A DNA stretch of 64,000 nt from Lingula anatina (Eukaryota > Animalia > Brachiopoda), in NCBI GenBank assembly GCA_051362555.1, contig CM120640.1, positions 2,170,001-2,234,000 of the forward strand, written 5' to 3'. The stretch's first letter is position 1. Each line of letters starts with the position of its first letter. A program made the position numbers and the translations under genes. A model generated the notes under the pieces. That model was not told the origin of the DNA. It saw nothing but the letters and a program-made list of their open reading frames with translations, and did not search any database. This document shows positions 25,601-34,816 of the stretch, piece after piece.

Positions 25601-28600
25601 CAGGTGTCAGGCTGTGGCTAGAGGGTGATGGCTGAGGCTGAAATATTTCATATGTTACACTTCAAACTGAAAGACTTCCAAACTATGACAGGGCTGAGAA
25701 AAAGAAAAGCATGTGCGATCTCTGTGAATTTTATTTGTGTAGAAACTACTATTATGAAATTAACTGGATTAAATAACATTCTAAAATTTTCTATCATTAC
25801 GCCAATGAGTTTCAGTGCTGCAATTCTATTTCTAAAAGGTCTTTGGCAACTGCTTGGCTTTCACTGCAAATTAATACACATAAAAAGCTTGCACATACAA
25901 AATAAGGCAAATTAACTTCTCTGTTGTCATCATTCTAGAACTGCTATGACAATTACTGCCTTTTTATTGATATCTGGGCTCTAGCACTGCAACTGTTATG
26001 TGGGCCTAAAGTGCCTGGATAAATTATTTCCTGGAAACGGAGCTAATTATGTAATAGGGACTCCAGGAGTGAAAAACGAGCAGATTTCAGTTATTTATTA
26101 CAAAGCATATCTCACACACAACACTAAAACATGCTAAAAATTTAGATACTGTATTCACACATTTTGATTTCACAGAACTGTGGAAATGCATTGTCAATAT
26201 GGTGACAACAGCAACGGAGCATCAGGCAGACTACGTTTGTCAGTATTTCATCTAAATAGATTAATAAAATATGACTTAGCATATATATTTAAATCTATTT
26301 CTATTGCAATAACATCAAGGCATCTATGCAAGGAGTTGACAAAGATGGCAGGAGCTAAGACTTTTATTGTTTCTTTCTCTTTGGCAATATTTCTAATCCT
26401 TCTAAGACCTGCTAATTTTTTCCAAGAAACCAAGAGCAATGACACAAACCATTTAGGATTTGACAAGTGATTTGATTTTAAGGCTTTGTTCACAACCAAA
26501 TTGGTATGCTAACTTATCCGCAGATCAAATATGGCTGCCCCTTGAAAGCTTTCCATGTAATCCACAATCGGTTTGCCCCAGGGATTACAGGACAAGCTTT
26601 CAAGTAAATCAACCATATTTGGGCTACAGGTCAGTTAGTCCACAGATCAAAATGGTTGTGAACAGCATTTAAGGCCCCATTCAGAATGAATGATCTGAGT
26701 ACTTACTGATCCGTCGAATAAATATGGCCGACCATAGTTCAAAAGCGACGTCATTGCAGGGGCCTAGCAATTAAAGCTCAGAGCAGAGATTTAATCTGTT
26801 TAAATATATGTGTGGAGTCAGGGATTAGCAGCAATGCTTTTGAAGTGTGTTCAGCCATATTTAGTCAGCAGATCAGTAAGTACTCAGATCATCCATTCCG
26901 AATGGAGCCTAAGAGACTCCATCACCAGCAGACATGGTGACTGACATCAAACACACAGCATGGCCTTGAAACATCAACGATGCCAAAAAGAAAAAAAAAA
27001 GAACGAAAAAATCTGTAATCCCCCTGTGGAGTCCATCAACATCCTGAAGGCCCTGACCCTGTGACATAACTTCCACAAGGGCCTCTGGCAGCTCCCTCAG
27101 CAGCTGGTCAAACAGGCTCATAAAAAACCAACTGCCTTGTATTACATCATAGTTGACTACATTTTCATTCCATCTCTCTGCCAATGATCACCAGTTGGTC
27201 ATTTTATGTCCATTAAACAACCACATCATAGCCTGTGGTCAAATGGTCATTAGTGTGGTCAGAGGTGCCAAGGACGCTATTAAGTTAATCGGTGCGTAAT
27301 GACCTTCAACAGAGAAATCAAGCTTAAGATGGATCATGCAGCTGCCTGGAGCGCTCATGAATAGATGGGGTGGAAAAAAGTTTTTTTTTTTCATATAACG
27401 TACCAAATGTCAAATGAGTTAACATTTCCATGAACATCCTACTATATTTATCATTTCCTTTCATTTTTTATGATTAATGATGATAATGGCTCATAACTTA
27501 TCATGAATCAAGTAATTATCTGGATATGAGATTATGCAATTAAAATTCCATGTAAAAATGTTTCAAATTAATATAACAATCACTGAGTAATTGATACAAT
27601 GGATTATTATCCATGCTCATTAACACAATGGTAGGAAGTGAATCCAAAGTATTCATAAAACAGAACAAAATATCCTCCATCAACTATATTCTGTAAAAAA
27701 ATTCTGTAGCTGATGCAAATAAGAATCATAAAGAAAAGGGGAGCCCAGGTTGTATTTATCTTTGGCAGTCATTTCAGTCCAGCAACAGCAGGTGCCCTGT
27801 ACTGAGACAACTTCTGAACAATTTAACACTGATATGGCTTGACAATCACACACATTGTCCACAACACACTTCATGTATATTAATAAAACAGCAGGGGGAG
27901 AAAGCAGCTCATCACATTTAACATGGTCCACTGGTGCTAAGAAGATTTTTTCTCCGTGTCTCTTTTTTTCCCCTCCAAAATTGTGCCAGGTCCCTCCTAA
28001 CTGGTTTTTGAAGTATAGAACAAAAGGCATCACTAATGCATCTATCTAAATATCACCAATATTTAGCTATGCTATAGATAAATACTACGCTATCTAATAA
28101 GCCAGGGAAATAGCAATTTAGGACACATAAGACAAAATCACCTGAAGTGTCATTGCAATGCAAGACCAACTCCATCAAGCCAATTAATGGCCTCTTCCAG
28201 TGACTTGGTACTAGTAATTGCACATTTTGAGGCCTTAATGTTAAACAACTTGGTTTTTGGCAGAAAAACCAGTACAACTTAAAATAATCATTTTAGCCTT
28301 ACAGTTACAGCTCAATGAATGAAATTCTTTTTAAGCTCACAGTTTGAGAACCCCCTCCCCATCCTTATTAAACAGCTGCAGCACAATATTTAATGGAGGA
28401 TGAAATGATACAACCATATTTAGCTGGTAAAAAAATAAATGAAGCTCAGCTGTGATAAAACAGGCATAGAAACAAAGCTTTCACAAAGACCTCTTCTGTT
28501 CAAAAGCTTAACTGCAATTTGTTATAGAAGTATGCAGTTATTTTTAGCACCAGTAAGACAAGTTGTAACAATAAAACAACTGCTGTCGTCAATCATTGTG

Positions 28601-31600
28601 TAAGAGAAAGTATAATGATTTTTTTTTTAAACATTTTTTTTTTCTGTTGATTAACAGCAAATTGGTCATCCTGTGTTTCTGAAAAGATATGGTTTATTCT
28701 GAATTCTGTCCACATCAAACTGAAAACTACAGATGAAAGCACTGGTCTGAATTGCGTAAGGAGATTCAAACCAAATTTTTATTGACGGAAAATTGGAATC
28801 TGCATGCAAGTGAATAATACCATCTCAACTGTACCATTTGAGACATCGACCACTCAGCAATGGCTGCTCTACTGCAATGAACACATTTCTCCTCTCTCAG
28901 ATGATGCCACCACTGTGATTTAGGGATGGGACTAAACCATATTTTACTTAATACCGTAGCCTTCATGACATTTATCATCTAAGATAAACATATTAGAACC
29001 GTTTTCTTTTTCTTTCACTGTCGACTTTTGATTACTTATTGTTCGAAATGATACCCATCCTGAAAGCAAGCAGAGTTGTTTATTTTCTTTTACTGATCTC
29101 TTGCCACTATTAAGTCTATCCTCCTGTGTCACTGACATGATCAAGTAATTACAGAGAGTTTCACAGAATCTCAATTACACTATATTTAGTGAGTAAGGAT
29201 ACATTTACGGAGAAGATAGAGCCTGTAAATGTAATTGAAAGATACCTTTTGTGATTAATACACAGAGTAAATATAATGACATCTAATAGTATCAGCACTG
29301 GGTCAATGATGCCACTCATTTTAGCTTTCTTTAGTCCATCTTCTTCATTTTTTTTTTTTTTTGTTATAACAACTGTCTCACTGTGTCAAATCTTCTGTCA
29401 AGAAGCAGCAATTTTGTGGCAGCCAATATCTTTCAATTATAACTCAATCACTTCCAAATCCACCCAACACTGGTGAAAATTAAAGTAGAACATTTCTAAA
29501 GTGACAAAAAATTTTATCTCATGATGTATGGAAATTTGACTCTTCGTGCCACGCCTAAGAGGTGAAAAACCATGTTGCAGAAACCATCCAGTTCTTCACA
29601 ATTTACAGTTCAAACCCTATTGCATGACATAATACAATGACTTCTCTTTTTAAGCCATAGTACTAGTAAATAAACGACAGTGTGCACAGATGTCTTTAAT
29701 TTTTTTCCATTATGTAAATCCTCATTTAGATGTGTGTAAGATTGCTTTACAATACAAATCATCATCCAGGCACCATAATACCTCTCACAGCTACTTGACA
29801 ACTCATATCATGATTTAACCTTTCACTTTTTTCAAAGCAAACATCTACATCATCTTACCAATAAAAAATATCAGTACACACTCACAATAGTGATCACAAA
29901 ATATGTTGTATCCGCTCCTACCCCCCTATCCCCAATGGGGTCCAGTCCAGTCCAGTATTGGGTGTGAGTACCTCCCCTGAGGACTACAGAGGATGTTTGT
30001 TTCTATTGCAGGCAGGAGAATGGGGGGGGGGGGGGCTTCAAGTGTCTACTTCCTGGGATTGTTAAGAATGGTTTTTATGGAAGTTGCTGTGAACAGGGCC
30101 TGAGCCACTAGTCTACACTTATACAACAATGTACAAAATTATAGTTAAAGTAAATAAAGTAAATACAGGGATGAGACTGCCACCTAGTGGAAAAATATGG
30201 CGTAGGTCCAGTGGGCTGCCTCGTCCAATGATAATTTTTGGGTCCCCAAAAGTTGGAAATCCCCCGATAGTTGGAAAAATCTCATTCCCTTATATAGTAC
30301 TGTAATATATATTGAGCACAGGAATCCCTTATACATGTGCTAGTTCAGGGCCAGTGTAAGTATAAAGATCCACATGAATGAATACTTACAGAATCCACAC
30401 AAGATTGGCTTGACAAAGAACACCTCAGTTAAAACATGCTTCCTTCTTGACGCTGCTGAAAAAAATAAAGATAAAGCAGGTGAGGACAACCGTAGTGCTG
30501 TATTTATCACAGGAGTCTTTTTCATTTAACGAAAATGAATGTCGTACCCTCTGTGGGTCGAGCCCATTATCTTAGTGTGACATCAAAGAACTGCAGGTTG
30601 ATTGCATCTGAAGTGATCATGAATATTCTGAAAAAAATGTTAAGCCTTGCGTCAAAAGAGAAATGAAGAATACAAGTGATACGACCCCAGCATAAAGTGC
30701 AAAGCTATATATATCACATAAGTTATAAAAGTGGCATGTTTTGATGTGAAAAAAAAATTTAAGTTTTTCCACCTTTTCTTTCATGGCTGACTTTGCATGA
30801 TATAATGGGTATTGAAATGGAAACCATTGCAAATGCTCACACGGGTTTCTGCAAATTTGAATGGAAATCATCCGAGATTTTATGCCAAGTCATGGAGTCA
30901 TGACATCTTGGATGATTCTCATTGTGACCACTTCTGATAAAAGCACACATACACTATTTCAAAACATTCTTCTTGGTGTATGTGTGTATGATTTTTGTTT
31001 CAACTTATCATCCTTTTTGTAAAGTAGTAGCTTAGTATGGCCTAATATCAATAAGAAATGTTTTCAGATTCTCTGACAGATCTTAAGGTCAGCCATGAAT
31101 TTTTCTGGTGGCAAAATGGATCCATACGCCTATTATACAGGCTTTGAGAGCACCATCCACTGTTCTAAAAAAAAACACCTTTTTTAAGAAAATCTGGGAA
31201 CCTGTGCTGACCGGGGATACAGTTCAACTGTGTAGCAGCATGCGGTATATTTCAGGGGATTTTCCTCATTTTCTCAGGCTTTATCATAAAATCCCCTTTC
31301 AATCTTAAGCAAGCGTGATGCCAATAATCAAGCTATAAAGAAGTAGAATTTCTTGTTTCTCCCACGTCCAGTATAATAAACAGGTAATTATCACAGAGGC
31401 AGGACATGATTAGGCTTCAGTGAAAAACCTCAGACTATGACGTTAACAAGATGATAAGCCTTCTCTGACAATTACTTTCTACGCTGAATTAGAACTATTT
31501 TGGACTCCACAATTTGCACTTCATTTAACTGAATAAGACATCTTAATAACTTTCTGACAATATTTTTTTAGAAAAAAAAAAAAAAAAAAAGCATGACTAA

Positions 31601-33369
31601 ACATACAAAAAAGCCAAAAATGATGTTTCTTTCTCATAAAAATATGTCATAAGCCCAATCCCTTGTTTTGTATCCCATGAGTATGTTATGTGTACAGGGG
31701 AACAAATGAATGTCATTCCAATACAAAATAGTCATTCTCATGACCAAGATCCATAGATGGTGGACCAAAATGTTGTGTTTGACTGATGTTATTATTTAAG
31801 TCTCTAAGCAAAGAATAATCTTGTTTTGTTATCCTATCTAGAGACCATGAAAAGCATCTCTCATAGTTTTTTTAAAACGATACTGATGATTTCTTTATGG
31901 TTACTGGCTGCGCATCAGGCAATAGAAGAGAGGACTACATCACAACTGATTGTAACATTATAGTTATAAACTCCACAAATCATCTATTCTGATTAAATCA
32001 GTTGTAATTGTGTTAACAAGCATTTTAATTACTATTCTTAACCACAGTAAGCCAATGTAATCCCCAGGATGTCTTACCCACTAATGCACTGAATTAGGCT
32101 TTTTATAATTACAGCCAATTTACAGGAAAAAAACTCAATCATAACAGTCTTTTTTACAATTTTTGAGGAAATACAAAAACAGACCCAAAAATGATTATTC
32201 ACTTTCTTCAGAGATTCCAAATTTTGTACTTGTCTCTTTTGTGATTTCTGATAACTCTTGTAGTGTGTGGGAAGAACCAATTGAAAGTAATCAGAGTCCA
32301 GTGATGGGGGCAGTAGATAGATTAGATTGGCTCCATATGGTGATCTTATCATAACCATAACCTAACACACAGAATAGATTCCCTGCGGGTATTATGCAGC
32401 ATGGTTTTAACTGGGCTGACCATATTTGATCAGCAGATCAGTTAGTCTGCGGATCAGCTTTGGTTGTGAATGTGGCCTTAGACTAAAGCTGAATGAAATG
32501 ATTGTACTTTGTAGTTTGTACTAGGTAATCCTTTAATCTAACTGTATTTAGTGAGTGTCCACAAAGGTAGTTAGAAATACCTAGCTAGTACAACACTTTC
32601 ATTGTGTCACCACCCCAAGGGCAGTTCAATCTAAATAAGAGAAAAGCATTTTCTGCTGACCATTTTAATTACAAAAAAACGGATTGTAGTCAGTTAAAAT
32701 AAGACCTTTTTTTCATCTAACAAAAACCTGCTGTAATCTCTGCATAGGATATTGCAATCTGTCCTACGGAAATGGAACACCCTGATATATTAGGATCATA
32801 TCTGCTCTTTTCCTGTTTAAGTACTTCCACACAGGTAAATGTAACAGAATCTCAGGTTTTACAGTGAAACTTAATATAGGAATTATACAGTCACCAGTTC
32901 AGCAGAAGTCCATCTAATAAAACACAAAGTGGCTTATAAAGGTGCAAAGGTGGCTTACTGCTGAGCTGGTACCTTTGACCAACTGACCTTGTGGTGAGCC
33001 ATAGCCGGAGTCATCTATAGAGGACTGGGCACTGGACTGCGTCTTGACCAGCCCTGCCATGGACTGGTACTCGTTCTCCTGGCTGTGGGGCAATGATGGC
33101 TTGGATTTCCTTGGCTTGGAAGGGAGGGGTGGAGTCTTCTTGCTGGTCCTCACATACTTCACATAGGTGCCAGGGAAGAGCCCCCTGTCCCTCGTCCTCG
33201 TGTTTGTCCCCGTCAGCCAGCTTTCCGGCACCTCAATGCTTCCCTCGATCTCAGCCACATTGGTCACTTCCAAGAGGTCATTGACCTCGATATCAATGTA
33301 CCCTTCCTCCTTCTCTTCATCACTAGGGCTGTAGTTGTACAGCGCCTGATAGAGCACTATCTCTCCCAT
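305..33369 (-). CDS. PIK3R1: PI3K regulatory subunit (p85-like), 5' part; join(complement 32988..33369, 30390..30455, 13745..13792, 8287..8387, 5550..5684, 1875..1955, 1629..1680, 1288..1404, 801..899, 305..415); SH3-C1-SAM-C1-RhoGAP; 3' end outside window
   Basis: Ten GT-AG exons join in one open frame (1192 nt, about 397 aa) with matching phases. The N-terminal SH3 has p85-type features (YQALYNY, long insertion, WLTGTN..T..RGLFPGTYVKY), followed by a Pro-rich motif and later a RhoGAP start (FGADLTDQF...APDVIVHCTQEIE). The diagnostic SH2 domains are not in the window, so orthology is inferred. Confidence 0.8.
801..899 (-). CDS. PIK3R1: p85-like exon: C1b domain part 2
   Basis: ttctccag|(E)CGLCCHRTCAKTGLICCSPEIMEKRRRISFVA|gtaaga; 99 nt, phase 1-1. 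Confidence 0.9.
1174..1238. repeat. (AAAC)n(AAAT)n compound microsatellite
   Basis: Directly visible. Confidence 0.9.
1288..1404 (-). CDS. PIK3R1: p85-like exon: C1b domain part 1
   Basis: ccttccag|(V)NCVDTDHKVVEYSFSSLQRCHICNKFLHGLMHQGLQCR|gtaggc. Confidence 0.92.
1629..1680 (-). CDS. PIK3R1: p85-like linker exon
   Basis: ttccag|QPHGSALPPSNEPLDVA|gtaagt; 52 nt, phase 0-1, needed to keep the frame. Confidence 0.82.
1875..1955 (-). CDS. PIK3R1: p85-like exon: SAM domain part 2
   Basis: ctcctag|VMGILDDFHRKAILVCIDDLCGRESEQ|gtaa; 81 nt, phase 0-0; SAM C-terminal GI....HR..IL..I. Confidence 0.9.
3562..5482 (+). mobile_element. Non-autonomous Helentron-associated (HINE / pearl-like) element with internal tandem arrays
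   Basis: Starts AACAAG; about 300-340-bp units (starts about 3573, 3872, 4211), about 405-bp duplication (about 4266, 4671), about 158-bp units with CGAACTTGACCTG; (GACGGC)n microsatellite 5375-5432; perfect 13-bp-stem hairpin 5450-5479 followed by an A-run. Confidence 0.65.
5550..5684 (-). CDS. PIK3R1: p85-like exon: SAM domain part 1
   Basis: ctccag|PVHTWTLSQVLEWMAALNLYRYVELFKRNNIKGKDLMTLDESKLE|gtaaat; SAM pattern W....V..W...L.L..Y...F....I.G..L..L. Confidence 0.92.
5906..6073 (+). mobile_element. MITE family A (CAGGGGCGGAT...ATCCGCCCCTG), copy 1
   Basis: Full-length similarity to 49363-49529; TIRs; imperfect 5-bp TSD atagt/atagg. Confidence 0.75.
6368..6583. mobile_element. MITE family C, copy 1
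   Basis: TIR gatcttttcaatagggaaaatt / aattttcccatttgaaaagacc; similar to 7268-7486. Confidence 0.65.
6634..6805. repeat. Degenerate tandem repeat, about 60-70-bp unit x2.5
   Basis: Recurrent aatatct..ccagtcatgg and cctagca.aca. Confidence 0.6.
7268..7486. mobile_element. MITE family C, copy 2
   Basis: TIR atctcttcaatgtggtaaatt / aatttccacattgaaaagatc; interior similar to 6368-6583. Confidence 0.65.
8287..8387 (-). CDS. PIK3R1: p85-like exon: C1a domain part 3 and linker
   Basis: tactttcag|(V)CKHCYHQCCRNSSDACRGTSATVADNNTYTEEV|gtgagt; 101 nt, phase 1-0; completes HX12CX2CX13CX2CX4HX2CX6C. Confidence 0.85.
12728..12796. repeat. (CA)n microsatellite with degenerate flank from about 12575
   Basis: Directly visible. 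Confidence 0.97.
13745..13792 (-). CDS. PIK3R1: p85-like exon: C1a domain part 2
   Basis: tttttcag|(C)KDYIWGSGKVGVKCE|gtgagt; 48 nt, phase 1-1; not in the ORF track. Confidence 0.88.
14998..15254. mobile_element. Fold-back MITE (hAT-like), almost entirely palindromic
   Basis: CAGGC...GCCTG ends; arms complementary over about 100 bp (gcagatcttttagc/gctaaaagatctgc; aaacccacaaat/atttgtgggttt); imperfect 8-bp flanks aaccttga/aacctggt. Confidence 0.7.
15524..15588. repeat. (AAAT)n microsatellite
   Basis: Directly visible. Confidence 0.95.
16602..16682. repeat. (AT)n microsatellite
   Basis: Directly visible. Confidence 0.97.
18841..19000. mobile_element. Degenerate family-B-related MITE fragment
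   Basis: ggcccgcagccag, G-run, aaaaggtcca / aaggtccacttt.tcagaaaa and a C-run shared with family B. Confidence 0.5.
19678..21846 (+). mobile_element. Decayed ISL2EU / PIF-Harbinger-like DNA transposon (THAP and DDE remnants)
   Basis: About 26-bp TIRs (tagcctttttcatcttttccggaaat ... atttccgcaaaagatgaaaaaggtta) flanked by AT on both sides; THAP remnant from 19768 (MAGFTC...NNSKRD..RLNKFP...W...RVCAEHF) with stops; DDE_Tnp_4-type VERVIGEIKSYLFL at about 20515; CpG-rich relative to host. Confidence 0.78.
23205..23542. mobile_element. TTAA-TSD non-autonomous DNA element (Kolobok-like)
   Basis: TTAA|AGGGATAATAACTCTT ... AAGAGTTATTATCCCT|TTAA: perfect 16-bp TIR. Confidence 0.78.
23694..23981. repeat. 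Minisatellite, about 71-73-bp unit x4
   Basis: Repeats of gtatctggtccaagttagacc.ggtgtgaac.t.acattaatctctatgcaacagga.gccaggca. Confidence 0.9.
26482..26669. mobile_element. Tourist/Harbinger-like MITE (family D, GTTCACAACCA subtype)
   Basis: gttcacaacca / tggttgtgaac inverted ends, internal caaatatgg / ccatatttg, TAA flanks. Confidence 0.6.
26673..26909. mobile_element. Tourist/Harbinger-like MITE (family D)
   Basis: TAA|ggccccattcagaatgaatgatctgagtacttactgatc ... gatcagtaagtactcagatcatccattccgaatggagcc|TAA; about 60-bp TIRs. Confidence 0.82.
30176..30192 (-). promoter_or_regulatory. CTCF-consensus site
   Basis: Minus strand reads TTCCACTAGGTGGCAGT, matching the CTCF core CCASYAGRKGGCR. Confidence 0.5.
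30390..30455 (-). CDS. PIK3R1: p85-like exon: C1a domain part 1
   Basis: tttttttcag|..AASRRKHVLTEVFFVKPILCGF(C)|gtaagt; 66 nt, phase 1-1. Confidence 0.85.
32345..32480. mobile_element. Family D MITE fragment (right arm)
   Basis: ccatatttgatcagcagatcagttagtc..ggttgtgaatgtggcc|tta resembles the right arms at 26610-26669 and 26850-26880. Confidence 0.5.
32988..33369 (-). CDS. PIK3R1: p85-like coding exon 1: SH3 domain, Pro-rich motif and linker (exon probably begins in the 5'UTR at about 33573)
   Basis: MGEIVLYQALYNYSPSDEEKEEGYIDIEVNDLLEV...WLTGTNTRTRDRGLFPGTYVKYV; donor AAG|gtcagt (phase 1); upstream acceptor ttttcag at 33574-33580. Confidence 0.9.
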
Positions 33370-34746
33370 GTCTCAGCTTGCCTCTGTCATCTGTTAGTTT
33401 GCCTTACTGATCATCAATCCTGTCCTCATGCTGAAGTCACGCACACCACATCAGCTACATCTACAGATGCTTGGAGGCACTACGAGTCCAGGTCCAGATG
33501 GAAGCAGATGGAAAGATGGATGCACTCTGCACAATAGATTGCCCAGAAAGTCGATCACAACTTGTGCGTAACTCTGAAAATATAAACAAAAACATAAGCA
33601 ACCTATCTCGGGTCAAAAACCTGAAGTGTGTGGTAGTAACAAGGCATGTGATGAACAACTGTGTAACACATGTGCTGACTTAAATCTCCCTCGCTTGGAT
33701 TGACTGCTTGAACAAAGGGGATAATCTATGGAAAAAAGCCATAGGAAATCCCAGCATAGGACACTGTGGCTTCATTTTCTCTGTAGCCAAGTTACTATCT
33801 ATGACACGGCCCCTGTTGCACACCGACACCTTATAATCTGTTCAATTAAATACAATATGTCCATGAATATTATCAGACATCCCCAAGGTTAAGATATTTA
33901 CATACTGCATCTTTTAATCAATTTCTAAGCTTATAAAGTCTATCAATATTTATTTGTGATTATCATGACCTGAAATAGATTTATTTAAAATAGTACTAGT
34001 ATGTATATAAAATCCATCATATATACTTTGAGCAATCAAAAAGCAAAAGGTGTGAAAAAAGTACAATTTTATAGATGAACTTCATATTTATGTTCATTTC
34101 ATGATGTATATTATTGACTGACTTAGAACTGTTCACAATGATTACGAGTGTGATATCATATTGTGTAAGTACAGAATAAAAAGAGACATAAACCACATTT
34201 AATGACAAAAGGACGATTTGTTTTCCAATCCAACTTATATGATGCAGTATAGATGCATTTTTATACACATTCTTGGGATTATTTTTGCCCTGATACACTA
34301 TAATCAGCTAATCCCCTGGAGAGGTACATCCATTTTCAAACATTATTATCTTCCAATAAAGAAGTATGCTACAAAATGTGCACAATGACATGACCAGGAT
34401 ATAAATCCTCATGAAAACAAACAGTCATAGTGTGTAGATTTAATTTTCTTTAATAATAAAACAAGAAAAAAAAAAGCTGACAAAGGTTTAAGCATCAAGA
34501 CATGGGGGGGGGGGGGGGGGGGGCAGCAACATGGTTATCTTCTTAACTGAACAAGATATACCAAAATGTTGCATGTTTTAACTGCTTTCCATTTCATATC
34601 ATTATTTTATTGTGTAATAGTTACATAAAGAGATATACCCCTTGAACTTCCTGTTCAAGAGAAAAATTAATTCCTGGAAAAAGGGGTTAAATATTCATAA
34701 CAAGATAATGAGTTCTTTTTTCCTTCTTAACACACACACATACACA

Positions 34747-34816
<70 letters not shown>

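Noticed and set aside
33093-33284. Plus-strand ORFs overlapping real exons (also 1532-1750, 8340-8546, 52153-52350, 56867-57052, 61287-61538)
   Set aside because: Antisense shadows of minus-strand coding exons, with no recognisable domain or splice logic.
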